Shown here: positions 1 through 10,155 of the stretch, piece by piece | How positions within the stretch are numbered: position 1 is the first letter of the stretch | Layout of the letters: the number at the start of each line of letters is the position of its first letter | Assembly (NCBI GenBank): GCA_031385045.1 | Contig: JANNBC010000046.1 | Coordinates: forward strand, 1 to 60,534 | Length of the DNA: 60,534 bases | Origin: a bacterium | Lineage (GTDB): Bacteria > Bdellovibrionota_C > UBA2361 > CALJRW01 | Reading direction: 5' to 3' | The notes under the pieces: generated by a model | What the model saw: the letters and a program-made list of their open reading frames with translations, nothing else | What the model was told of the DNA's origin: nothing | Database searches by the model: none | Translations under genes and position numbers: made by a program

Positions 1-2
1 AA

Positions 3-131
3 GCTAAGCTTCCAAATCGTAAAAATAAAAATAGAAGTTACCCTCGAGTTATTAAAAATGGCAAAGATCGTTACGAAAAGGCAGCAGTTCTATCAAAAAG
101 TAATGGCGTAACTCTGGAGGAAGGTAAGTGA
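3..131 (+). mobile_element. Probable 3' end of an IS4-family transposase (partial, runs off the window)
   Basis: Frame 3 reads AKLPNRKNKNRSYPRVIKNGKDRYEK...GK*, resembling the IS4 transposase C-terminal R-x-Y/F-P-R-V-V/I-K motif. GGTAAGTGACATTCG at about 123-137 resembles IS4-type right ends. Confidence 0.45.
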
Positions 132-1027
132 CATTCGAGCCAGGCTCTGGGTTTAAAAATCTAGATCAAAGAACCTTAGCTCTAACTGTTGTGGGTGCTT
201 GGCTAATCTTTAAATATAAAGCTGAGTCATTTAATATTCCTGTGTTTAGAAGCGAACTCTGGATTCCAACAAAAGATGATATCGATACAGTTGGATATCG
301 TGCCTACTGGAAATATCTGGAAACTGAAGTTGCGCGCAATTCCTCAGTGAAACTTGATAAGATCTTTGAGCAAGCGAAAAATATGGTCACTAAATTAAGT
401 GGCGGACAAAAAACTGCGGCTCCATTTATTCGCTTTTTTAATTCCGAATATGGCTTATTAATTTCTGCCAATAATTCTGGAGAGTTTAATCAGCTGAGTC
501 AGTATCAAGTAGGAGATGACCCGCGATCAATTAACTACAAGACTTCAGCCCGCCGTTCTGGGCTCTTTGTTAATCGTTATCAAGATACTGGATATAATTC
601 TGTCAATTTTATTGTTGATGGAGAGTGGTTTCTAAAAGAGGTTGAGGTAGATGAGAAAAAATTATTAATTTTCCTGATCCATTTAGAATTCCTAGCGCTC
701 TATAAAATTCCCACAAAAATTGATTTTGCCAGTCGTTCAGGAACTGATTCTCTAACTCTGGATCATCGAATCAGTCTTTATCAGCAGCTCCGTGACCCAT
801 TAGATGAAGTTTTGGGTAAAAGTCATAGCATTAGAAATTATGAATCTCAATTTACAGATCAGACTTTTCATGGCACTAGTCTTGATTCAAGTTACTTAGA
901 ACAGGGTCTTCACGGTCAAATTATTATTATGGCAATTGCTGATAACAATTTAATTGAAAATATCACATTAGCCGGTAGACTCAAGAATAAGGGTAATGCT
1001 GTTGTCCCAATGAAAAAGCTCTTATAA
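128..1027 (+). CDS. DUF58 domain protein (possibly 5'-truncated)
   Basis: GEFNQLSQYQVGDDPRSINYKTSARRSGLFVNRY matches the DUF58 core (EF..LR.Y..GDD.R.I.WK.SAR). Confidence 0.7.
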   Translation: MTFEPGSGFKNLDQRTLALTVVGAWLIFKYKAESFNIPVFRSELWIPTKDDIDTVGYRAYWKYLETEVARNSSVKLDKIFEQAKNMVTKLSGGQKTAAPFIRFFNSEYGLLISANNSGEFNQLSQYQVGDDPRSINYKTSARRSGLFVNRYQDTGYNSVNFIVDGEWFLKEVEVDEKKLLIFLIHLEFLALYKIPTKIDFASRSGTDSLTLDHRISLYQQLRDPLDEVLGKSHSIRNYESQFTDQTFHGTSLDSSYLEQGLHGQIIIMAIADNNLIENITLAGRLKNKGNAVVPMKKLL

Positions 1028-1118
1028 GCAATATAATTATATAGCCCCTGAGAGTACTAATAATATTAGTCGTCATAATTTATTTGATTAAGTAAATATT
1101 TTTATATATTTTATTAAA

Positions 1119-4100
1119 ATGATTCCCTCAGTTGTAAACTCACCAAATCTGACTAGTACTCAAGTCATACGTCCTCCAAAATTAAATGCTTTGCTAGAAG
1201 AAACGAGTATTATAAAATTTGCTGGCCTATTTCTAGAAACTGATAGGTACAAACTTCCTAAAGCAACAAAACTAGAATTAATAAAGCAACTAAGTAACCC
1301 TGCCATAACTGCCAAAAAAATTGAGAGCAAGCGACAAGCAATCGAAGAGCTATCCAAAATCGATACTGCTCAACTTTTAAATCTAGTAAAAGCAATTTTT
1401 GAGTTTAATATTGCCAGCAAGGCTTTGCAGAATGCTTTATTTCAACTTGACTCCAGGCATTATCCAATTAGAAACCCTGTTCACGCTCCTGATGGCCAAC
1501 TTTATCAACATAATAAAGATGGACTTCAGCCATTCCCAGAAAATGCGTCTAGCTTAGTTAAGATTTTAGATCTTTACATCAAGGGTCAAAAAATTTTCCA
1601 AGCGCTACCTGATATCAGGACTGAAAGTTATCAAAGATTAAAAAGAAGGATTGGAGCAATTGTTAATGCCCCATATCTGGCTACTCTAGTTAAGACTGTG
1701 CCTAACATTTTACAAGTAGTTGAGACAAATCCAAATCCATTCTTATTAATGGATCTTCCTATTCATAAACTAGAAATGTATTCTCGTGAAAAGCGCAGTT
1801 TCGAAGTTGATTTACCGACAGATGCTCAAGAAGCTTTGAAAAATCGATTTTCTGAGGAAAGAGAATATCATGTTTTAGTATCGGCGCGCAAAGAATTTGC
1901 TGAACTATGTTTACATCTAGAACAGATTTGGAATCGTGATGCATTTTTAAAATCTCCAGAGGCAGTCCTAAGGCATTTTAGTCAAAATCTTTTATCTCAT
2001 TTAAGTAAACTTGATATTCAAATTCGTTCCGCAATTCAACTAAGCACTGGAAAAGAATTTTTTGCCAGACTATCTGAAGAACAAGAAATTCATTTAACAA
2101 ATTTCAAACCGCAATTAATCTACAGTGAAGAAATTAATCCTTTGAACTTGCAGTTTAATAGCTCTGAGGGTGGCATTAATCTCAGTGGAACTGTTTGCTC
2201 TGGTCGGACTACAATTTTGCACTCAGCTCTTTTAGCAACATTAATAAATCAAATTGGACTACCCCTACGAACTTCAGAAGCAGCAACTATTGGAATATTT
2301 GATAATTTCTACGCCTCCTTTCCCCAAGCTCATCAAATTGATTCAGGAGATGGGCTGTTTGGATCGAGTTTAAAAAAAATACCAACTACAGTTACTCCAA
2401 GGAGTTTAGTAATCTTAGACTCAATTCCAGCAGGTACAGACTCTAAGGGTCTAACTGCTGTTGGTCTTACAGCAATTAGTAGTTACCAAAAAGCTGGTGC
2501 GACAGTTTTAATTAATTCTCCTTCTAGAGAATTATCAAAAGCTATTGCTGACCATTCAAAATTACGTACGCTCAAAACGGAAAGACTACCAAGTCCAGAT
2601 CTTCCACCATCAGCACTATTAATCAATGGCTATGCTGAAAGAGCAGAGATATTTGAATTAGCAGAAAATTTAGATTTCCCTCCACAAGTTATTAACAATG
2701 CTCGGAAAAGATACCAAGCATTAAAACTACCTGCGCAGGTGACTTTTAAAGATCAAGAAATTTCTGATCGCTTAGTAGATAACAGTGCCCGATATAGCCT
2801 CCCAATTCAATCTAGGATTAGACTTCTTAAACGCTTGGAAGCAAGATTCCCAGAGAGATTTTTTGGATTAAAAGACTCGAGATTGTTTTTACTCCGGGAT
2901 CTTTCTGGATTTCCAAACTTACTCAAGCGCGATCAACAACCACGGCAATACTACTTAAAAGGAATAGGTGTAAAAACTGAGGCGGATCACTATGGAGAAG
3001 TATTCACACAGAAAACTTCAGTAGCAAAACAACAACGAGAAGCGAGAAAAGAAATTATTTCATTATTACAAACTCTCGATCCTCAAGTTCGCGAAGGAAT
3101 CAAAGAACTAATTATTCATATAGCAGAACAAGTTAAAGCGATAATAAATGCAACTACTAGATCGACAGATCTGAGCTACGAAGCAGTAATTATTCCAATA
3201 ATCACAATGCACCAAGACTTTCAAAAGTCGCTTAGTTCATTAATGATATTACTAGAATCGTCTTTTCCAGTCGCAGAATTTCAAAGAATTAAAGACGTTT
3301 TTCAGTTCTCTCGATTTTTAAATGATATCAAGGTTAGTGCCAGTTTAACTTCTTATGAAATGGAAGAAAAAGAAAAATATGGTGAAGCAAAGCTACTGTA
3401 TGATGCTTACTATCATTTTTATCTTTACAAGATGGATGATTTTATTCCCCTAATCCTCCAATTAGATCAACTAAATGCGCTAGCTTCAATTTCAGTTGCT
3501 AATAATCTTAAGGCTGCAAATCTAATCGAAGAAACTATGCAATTATCTGCAGTTAACATGCTACCAGTGTTGCCAATTAATCAAAAAACGAATCTAGAAA
3601 TAAAAATTTCCAATCAAGGGGTTTCAGTGTTAGATCCAAGCCCAATAAGTTTCCAAAGTTCAATTGAAGGCTTGCCCCAAGCTATCCTTGGCCCAAACTC
3701 CTCAGGAAAATCTACCTTAATTGAAGCGCTCTGGCTGGAAGCTTATTTAGCTATTAACGGTTATCCTACTTCCGGTGATTTTAGCTGTAGTGATTTTGGC
3801 GAAATTTATACTTTCTTCGGAGCAAATAACAGCTCTGTGATTAATTCTGATTTTACAATTTTAGCTTATCAAAAAATTTCATATATTCTAAATAATGTTA
3901 AGGCCGGAGATTTGGTACTACTAGATGAGCTACCAGGTTCTGACCCAGAAGAAATTGCCTGCTTACAACAAGCAATTGCTAACTATGCTCGTGAGAAAAA
4001 ATTTCTCTTAATTTTCAATACTCACCACCGTAATGGATTATTAGAAAGTATTCATCAGGGGGAAATTGTTGCTTGGAAATCAAGTAAAATAATTTCTAAG

Positions 4101-4229
4101 AATCCTAATTCCCCAGTAAGCTATGAAATCATACCTGATCCCGGGCTAACCTCAGAGAGCAACCCTCTCGAAGTAGTGAGAGAAATTTGGCCAGAAGATT
4201 TGTATCGCAAGGTTCTGGCGCAGTACTAA
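1119..4229 (+). CDS. Tandem MutS-like (domain V) ATPase, two modules in one chain
   Basis: Module 1: SGTVCSGRTT, SLVILDSIPAGTD, degenerate. Module 2: LGPNSSGKST, LVLLDELPGSD, NTHH. Confidence 0.7.
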   Translation: MIPSVVNSPNLTSTQVIRPPKLNALLEETSIIKFAGLFLETDRYKLPKATKLELIKQLSNPAITAKKIESKRQAIEELSKIDTAQLLNLVKAIFEFNIASKALQNALFQLDSRHYPIRNPVHAPDGQLYQHNKDGLQPFPENASSLVKILDLYIKGQKIFQALPDIRTESYQRLKRRIGAIVNAPYLATLVKTVPNILQVVETNPNPFLLMDLPIHKLEMYSREKRSFEVDLPTDAQEALKNRFSEEREYHVLVSARKEFAELCLHLEQIWNRDAFLKSPEAVLRHFSQNLLSHLSKLDIQIRSAIQLSTGKEFFARLSEEQEIHLTNFKPQLIYSEEINPLNLQFNSSEGGINLSGTVCSGRTTILHSALLATLINQIGLPLRTSEAATIGIFDNFYASFPQAHQIDSGDGLFGSSLKKIPTTVTPRSLVILDSIPAGTDSKGLTAVGLTAISSYQKAGATVLINSPSRELSKAIADHSKLRTLKTERLPSPDLPPSALLINGYAERAEIFELAENLDFPPQVINNARKRYQALKLPAQVTFKDQEISDRLVDNSARYSLPIQSRIRLLKRLEARFPERFFGLKDSRLFLLRDLSGFPNLLKRDQQPRQYYLKGIGVKTEADHYGEVFTQKTSVAKQQREARKEIISLLQTLDPQVREGIKELIIHIAEQVKAIINATTRSTDLSYEAVIIPIITMHQDFQKSLSSLMILLESSFPVAEFQRIKDVFQFSRFLNDIKVSASLTSYEMEEKEKYGEAKLLYDAYYHFYLYKMDDFIPLILQLDQLNALASISVANNLKAANLIEETMQLSAVNMLPVLPINQKTNLEIKISNQGVSVLDPSPISFQSSIEGLPQAILGPNSSGKSTLIEALWLEAYLAINGYPTSGDFSCSDFGEIYTFFGANNSSVINSDFTILAYQKISYILNNVKAGDLVLLDELPGSDPEEIACLQQAIANYAREKKFLLIFNTHHRNGLLESIHQGEIVAWKSSKIISKNPNSPVSYEIIPDPGLTSESNPLEVVREIWPEDLYRKVLAQY

Positions 4230-4235
4230 TTTTAG

Positions 4236-5636
4236 CTACTGCTTTAGATAAACAGGTAATTGTCTTCCTAAATCTGACCGCATATTCAATTCTCGCAGTG
4301 ACTCCTTTGATTGATCTAGACGGTAAATTGCTTCAGCAATTAATGGTGATAAGGAGATTACCTGTAGGAAGTCACTGCGCGCAGCTTCTAATGAAATTGT
4401 GTCACTGGTATAAATGCGATCAATAGCAGAAACTTCCGCACCTTGCCTTAGGCATTTTGCCTCACGAAGTTTTATGATCGCATTATTCGAAAAAATACCA
4501 TGTGTTGCACAAAGGATGACTCGCTTCGCTCCTCGTGCTTTTAACTCAGAAGCAGCAGCAATCATTGATCCACCAGTATCAATCATGTCATCTACTAAGA
4601 TACAAGTCTTCCCTACTAAATATTCAGAATCTACTGTTAAGGTTACACTTGGGGCTTCACCTAACTCCTTTCTAAACTTACTCATAATAATTAATGGCGT
4701 ATAAATGCTAGCTTCAGTTTCTATCATTCTAGCAAAACGCTCTGCTCGCTTACTACCTCCGGCATCAGGAGAGACAACTACTAGATCCTCTCCCTCAGCT
4801 TCCATTATAGGTCTCACAAAATGATTTATTCCATCAAGATTATCAAAAGGTCCATCAAAGAAACCCTCAACTTGTCGCGCATGAAGATCTACGGAAATAA
4901 TTTGAGTTGCGCCCATGACTTTTAACATATCAGTTACCGCCTTAGCACCAATTGGCGGACGAATATCAGCACGACGATCCTGTCTAGAGTATGCAAAATA
5001 TGGCAAGATTACTGTAATTTTATGAGCTCCAGCTAACTTCAGTGCTTGTACCATTAAACAAGTCTCAACTAAGGATTCATTAACTGGCTTTTCCATGTTA
5101 ATCAGTAAAAATGCCTGCTTATCACGTACTGATTCATTAATCTGAATCTGACTTTCACTGTTAGGGAATTTATCTAGAAGAACTTGCCCTTGACTCACTC
5201 CAAGTTCAGATAAAACTCTTTGCCCTAAACGATTATTAGCACTTCCAATAAAAATAACTGAATTATCAGAAAGTCTTGGAGCATCTAAAAGTTTATCTTC
5301 CAATAAATTTTGATCCATCTGTCTTTCAAACTGGAAAGCTCTAGCCTCATTTATTCCTAATTTAATAAAGCGATCGCGACCGATATAAACGATCGCTTGA
5401 TCGGCACAGTTTAAATATTCTGTTAAAATATTCTCAACCTTTAATTGAGTTGCTGCCGGAGCTGAATCTAAGTTCTTAACTACTGATAAAATTTCTTTTA
5501 GTTTTGGAATTAGCCTTAACTCAGAAGCAGATAGTATTAACTGCTTTACTATAGAGCCAAGTGACTCATTGTTTAAATCAAGTAATTCTCTGGTTTGTTG
5601 CTCTGCTGGGGCGAAGCGGTCAAAATTGGTTACCAT
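4236..5636 (-). CDS. prs: Ribose-phosphate pyrophosphokinase with ~125-aa N-terminal extension
   Basis: PYFAYSRQDR, DLHARQVEGFFD, VVSPDAGG, LVDDMIDTGGS and ATHGIFS motifs. Confidence 0.95.
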   Translation of the reverse strand: MVTNFDRFAPAEQQTRELLDLNNESLGSIVKQLILSASELRLIPKLKEILSVVKNLDSAPAATQLKVENILTEYLNCADQAIVYIGRDRFIKLGINEARAFQFERQMDQNLLEDKLLDAPRLSDNSVIFIGSANNRLGQRVLSELGVSQGQVLLDKFPNSESQIQINESVRDKQAFLLINMEKPVNESLVETCLMVQALKLAGAHKITVILPYFAYSRQDRRADIRPPIGAKAVTDMLKVMGATQIISVDLHARQVEGFFDGPFDNLDGINHFVRPIMEAEGEDLVVVSPDAGGSKRAERFARMIETEASIYTPLIIMSKFRKELGEAPSVTLTVDSEYLVGKTCILVDDMIDTGGSMIAAASELKARGAKRVILCATHGIFSNNAIIKLREAKCLRQGAEVSAIDRIYTSDTISLEAARSDFLQVISLSPLIAEAIYRLDQSKESLRELNMRSDLGRQLPVYLKQ

Positions 5637-5893
5637 AGCTTTTCAATTAATAATTTACCTAAATCCTTTATAAGAATTTTAAGTACTATTAGGAAAAGTA
5701 TCTAAAAATTAACATTTTTGTTAAAAATTACTGTGATTTATAAGATAAATTAACAGTAAATACTGTCGCCCGCTAGCTAGCTGACTACTTCAAAGAAACA
5801 AAATAATCCTTGCTTAGCAACCGAGGATCTGTCAATCTCATAAGACCTAAACATGTAATGTAAAGGTGCATTTGTAGTTTTCGTTGAGGTGTA

Positions 5894-8521
5894 ATGAGTC
5901 TTGCCGTTGTAGATGGTGGTACGCTAGGTACTGTACAAACAATAACTCCTGAAATTGTTAATATTTTAGAAGTTGCCAATAAGATTTTAAATAGCCAAGT
6001 AACAGAAGCAAGCCTACCACAAAATACTAACACCAAAGAAGTCCTACCTAACGAAGTTGAACTAAATACCCTGCTTACAACAATTAAAACTGCCTCGGAA
6101 AGCTTGAGGACGATTGTCGATTTCTCCAGACTCATTAATGAAATTGGTATTGCCAGCGAAGAAAGAAGCAGTATTCTTAGTCAAGAGATTCTACCGGTAG
6201 CAATTAAGGGAATTATTAATAGACTTTATAAACAAGAAGCTGCGCAAGCAGGTGGCCTCGCAAGAATTTATGCTGATATTTATGAATATGATCTTTATAA
6301 AGCTTACGCTACAAAGCATGGCGACGATTTTAAGTGTCCCGAATGGTATCAAGCCTTAACTGATTATTTAGAAATCTCCAACCGTCTCCACAACCTTCCT
6401 CAGCCAATCGATTACCTGGAACATTCAGCTGCAGCTAAGCCAACAGAGTATCAACGACAGTTTGGACGTATCGAGATCTTAACTAATGATAAAAAACGAC
6501 TAGAAGGTCTAGGGAAGGCTGGGACAGATGAGCACACGGGTATTATCACTCAACTAGATACGATCGATCAAGAGATTAGAGCTTTCTTAGCAATTCACCA
6601 TGATGTCGATCCTAAAAAAATGCCAAATTGTTGTAAGCAAATTAATCTAGAAGTCGCTGTGCAGATTGAAGTAGCAGAAAAAATGCTCCAACTTTACAAT
6701 GGAATTGGAGGGATTTTAAAAGTATTAATTCCTGAAAAACCCACGGATATTGACAGCCCTATTGTTGAAATTCCTGAACTATTAAAAACTAAAAAAGATC
6801 TTGGAACAGAACTAAAATCACACCAAGTTGCCCCTGCTGAAATTGCATCATCTGCTCTGACGCTTAGCTCTTTTTCGGATATCACCAATAAAGAGTCAGT
6901 CATTGCATCCTTGCTAGAGACTTACTTAGAAATTAGAAAATCATTGCAAATTATTAAGGGAGATTACAAACGGCAATATTCTTCTGATCAAGAATATAAC
7001 CAAGTAAAAAGATCGCTCGATCAAAGTCTACAAAAGATCTTACCAGGTACTAATTCAGAGGTTCGAAATCTGCTATTAGCGCTTAATAATTACTCCAATG
7101 ATCAAATTAGATTTCATCAAGCTCAACTATTAATCTCAGCAGTCCCTGATAATGGGGGGCATGCGCAAATCTATGTTGATCAACCTGAAAATGTTCAACT
7201 TTTGGAACAAGTAGTCCACCTAGCAGTTAATGGTTCAAACAAGACTGCCGAGTTCTTACGTAGCGAGCTAAAAACATCTAGTTTAAATTCTACTATTGCC
7301 ATCTGTCACAAAGCCCGAGAACTCAGTGTCAAAAAAGATATCGATCGACTTGCTTGGTTTTTTGATTTAGAGATTGAAAAATTTGATAAAGAAACTAATT
7401 TTTCTGTCACTCAAGGCACAGGATTATTATTAACCTTACTTGCGGTTTCTGAAGATCCAGAAATTCGCACAGCACTCCGCGGACGAATTAAAAAAATGGA
7501 TGAGATCCCAAGTACGCTTGATAAAATGTTCCAAAAAATTAATAAGGATGGCCCTCAAGGTGTTCTAATAGAAAGGATTAGAACTCGACTATCTCAAAGG
7601 TTTGATGACAACTTAAGTAATTATTGGGGACAAGAAGAATTAGTTGCTGAACTAAGAACTGATATTGAAGATCATTTATTACTACTCAAGCATACTAGAG
7701 CTTATGCTGGGATACCTTCCAAAAAAGTATTTAAGAATGGACATGTATTTTATGGGGATCCAGGCTCTGGGAAATCATTCTTAGCGCTATGCTTAGCTAA
7801 TGAGTATGGACTACCTTATTTAAAAATTTCTCGAGAAGAAATGTCCAAAGCTCAAGTTGCTGCGATCAACTCTAAAGAAGCATCGGCCGAAGATACAATT
7901 TCAAAATTTTTATCAGAGAAAGCAGAGCAAGCACTAAAAATGCAGAAAATTAGTGGTGCCCCAGCTGCTATTTTAATGATCGATGAAATGGAGGCTGAGT
8001 TCTTAAAGCGTAATCCAGAAACTAGCCCTCGTGCCGAACTAATTTCTACCAATATTATGCTTCTGGTGATTGAAAAATTAATGGCTAAGTATCCTGAGAT
8101 TATTTTTGTTGCAGCAACAAACCATATTGATCTTGTAGATCGAGCAGCGCTCCGTGTTGGTCGCTATGGAATTGGAAAGTATCTGGGTAGACCTGATCAA
8201 AAAAGTATTCAACAAATTATTTTAGGGAACCTTAAAGAATTAGGATTTAAGACAACGATTCAAGATCTAGAAACAAACTCCGAGTTTGAAAAGTTAGTAG
8301 CTGCTTCCGATGGCTTAATGCCCGAGCCAATTAGCTTGGCAATTTGTAATAAAATTTCTACATACCGTGCTCTGGCGCTGGAAGCAGGAGAAGATTTAAC
8401 TAATTCCAATGAGATTCCATTTGATTTATTAATCTCGGGAATTGAACTGATTAAAAGACAAACTAACTATAGGTTCAGTGATAGCAAAAAGGGCGAAGCA
8501 AGCTTGCCAAGTACGCCCTAG
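5894..8521 (+). CDS. AAA+ ATPase (classic clade) with long helical N-terminal region
   Basis: Walker A GDPGSGKS, Walker B ILMIDEME, second region of homology AATNHIDLVDRAALRVGR. Confidence 0.85.
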   Translation: MSLAVVDGGTLGTVQTITPEIVNILEVANKILNSQVTEASLPQNTNTKEVLPNEVELNTLLTTIKTASESLRTIVDFSRLINEIGIASEERSSILSQEILPVAIKGIINRLYKQEAAQAGGLARIYADIYEYDLYKAYATKHGDDFKCPEWYQALTDYLEISNRLHNLPQPIDYLEHSAAAKPTEYQRQFGRIEILTNDKKRLEGLGKAGTDEHTGIITQLDTIDQEIRAFLAIHHDVDPKKMPNCCKQINLEVAVQIEVAEKMLQLYNGIGGILKVLIPEKPTDIDSPIVEIPELLKTKKDLGTELKSHQVAPAEIASSALTLSSFSDITNKESVIASLLETYLEIRKSLQIIKGDYKRQYSSDQEYNQVKRSLDQSLQKILPGTNSEVRNLLLALNNYSNDQIRFHQAQLLISAVPDNGGHAQIYVDQPENVQLLEQVVHLAVNGSNKTAEFLRSELKTSSLNSTIAICHKARELSVKKDIDRLAWFFDLEIEKFDKETNFSVTQGTGLLLTLLAVSEDPEIRTALRGRIKKMDEIPSTLDKMFQKINKDGPQGVLIERIRTRLSQRFDDNLSNYWGQEELVAELRTDIEDHLLLLKHTRAYAGIPSKKVFKNGHVFYGDPGSGKSFLALCLANEYGLPYLKISREEMSKAQVAAINSKEASAEDTISKFLSEKAEQALKMQKISGAPAAILMIDEMEAEFLKRNPETSPRAELISTNIMLLVIEKLMAKYPEIIFVAATNHIDLVDRAALRVGRYGIGKYLGRPDQKSIQQIILGNLKELGFKTTIQDLETNSEFEKLVAASDGLMPEPISLAICNKISTYRALALEAGEDLTNSNEIPFDLLISGIELIKRQTNYRFSDSKKGEASLPSTP

Positions 8522-8604
8522 AAATTATTTTACTCTAACAAAAATCAAATTTATTCAATTCGCAATGAAAGAAAAAAGTCATTTATAATATCTAATCGTA
8601 AATT

Positions 8605-8892
8605 ATGAATATCGGAAACTCGCCAACTGACATCAAAACTCAATTAACTTCATTAATTAGAAGCTGGAACTCTAGAAAAATTGAAGAATACATACAAATT
8701 GCTAACTACTGCCAGGAACATGGAACGATTAATCATGCTGCCTGGCTATCCTTTAGTCCTAAAAACAAGAGCAAAGAATCTTTGCCATTACCTCAATTTG
8801 AGAGACTTGGATTACTCCAAATGGTTGAAAATAAATGTTATCAACTGACGATGAAAGGATCCTCTCTACATCAACTACTTCAAGTCAACTAA
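8605..8892 (+). CDS. Hypothetical protein, possibly winged-helix
   Basis: 95-aa ORF; the C-terminal LGLLQ...YQLTMKG is wHTH-wing-like. Confidence 0.5.
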   Translation: MNIGNSPTDIKTQLTSLIRSWNSRKIEEYIQIANYCQEHGTINHAAWLSFSPKNKSKESLPLPQFERLGLLQMVENKCYQLTMKGSSLHQLLQVN

Positions 8893-8968
8893 TCATAAAA
8901 CTCGATAGACTTCCAATATAATTAAAGTTAAATTAATTTTGTAATCGTTAAATAATCATAAGGCAAAT

Positions 8969-10072
8969 GTGAATAAATTTTCTAGGCTCCAGCTAGTGAT
9001 CCTTCTTCTAATCATCCCTACTCTACTACAGGCAAATAATTTAGAGAAAACACCAATCATAAAAGTTGGAGTGATCGCTCCTTTAAGTGGTGGGGTAGCC
9101 GTCTGGGGCAATAGCGTTAAGTCAGCAATTGAAATTACTAATGGGGAATCAGCAACGCCAGTAAAATTAATTTTTCAAGATGAAGAAACTTGTTTACCTG
9201 CTAAAGCTTTAAGTGCGTATCAATATTTAATTTCGGTTGAAAAAGTAAACCTGATAGTTGCCTCTTGCTTAGAAGGCGCGCAAGCAATAGCTCCACTAGC
9301 AAAAAAAGATAAAATACCATTTTTTATTTCTGGACGCTCGGCAATAGATTTTCAAACCAAGTACCCAAATTCATTGTCTTGGCTCTCACTATTAGATTAT
9401 GAAGGAAAAGCCCTTAGTAATTTAATCAAAAAATCTCACTGGAGAAATGGAGTGGCGTTAGTTTGGGATGGATACTTTGGTGTACAGTTTGCTGCTTCTA
9501 TTAGAAATGCTATTAAAGCTGATCGCCTAGATTTTGATTTTAAAACAATTGAAGTCAATGCCAATGCTGTTCCAAATGCGACAGAAGTCCAAGCATTATT
9601 AAGACTGAAGCCAGAGGTGGTCTTTATCATGACGGCGGAAGCGACAGGAGCATTTTTCATTAGACAACTTCGCTCTTTTGGCTACCAAGGTGAAGTAATT
9701 CTTCAATCCAGCATGCTTCAAACATACGATCCAGAAGGTCGAAAACCATTCCTGGGATCTTTACAACAAAAGTTCTTAGTCAATCAAAATCGTTTTGCGG
9801 AATTACAAGTAAAGATTAAAGAAAAGCTGGGTGAAGCAGGTGCCGATGATTTTATTTTCTCTTATGATGGCTTTACTGTGTTACTACAAGAACTAAATAG
9901 CTGTGAACAAGAAATGCCCAATGATTTAGAAACTTGTTTAACTAAAAAACTTCGCAATGAAGAATGGCGCGAGGGGGCTTCAGGAAAATTTCGTTTTATG
10001 AAAGATGGCTCGACAGAGCGACCAATGGTCTTAAAAAAAGTTACGGAAACTGGCTTTAAAGATCTAGAATAA
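8969..10072 (+). CDS. Branched-chain amino acid ABC-type (LivJ/K-like) substrate-binding protein
   Basis: Signal peptide, IKVGVIAPLSG, C-terminal GASGKFRF..DG. No permease or ATPase adjacent. Confidence 0.85.
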   Translation: MNKFSRLQLVILLLIIPTLLQANNLEKTPIIKVGVIAPLSGGVAVWGNSVKSAIEITNGESATPVKLIFQDEETCLPAKALSAYQYLISVEKVNLIVASCLEGAQAIAPLAKKDKIPFFISGRSAIDFQTKYPNSLSWLSLLDYEGKALSNLIKKSHWRNGVALVWDGYFGVQFAASIRNAIKADRLDFDFKTIEVNANAVPNATEVQALLRLKPEVVFIMTAEATGAFFIRQLRSFGYQGEVILQSSMLQTYDPEGRKPFLGSLQQKFLVNQNRFAELQVKIKEKLGEAGADDFIFSYDGFTVLLQELNSCEQEMPNDLETCLTKKLRNEEWREGASGKFRFMKDGSTERPMVLKKVTETGFKDLE

Positions 10073-10155
10073 CAGTCGACTAATTTTTAAAACAAAAAAC
10101 ATCCTGAATTTCCTAAATAATTAGACTATCTCCCAACACCTGTAAAAATATAATT

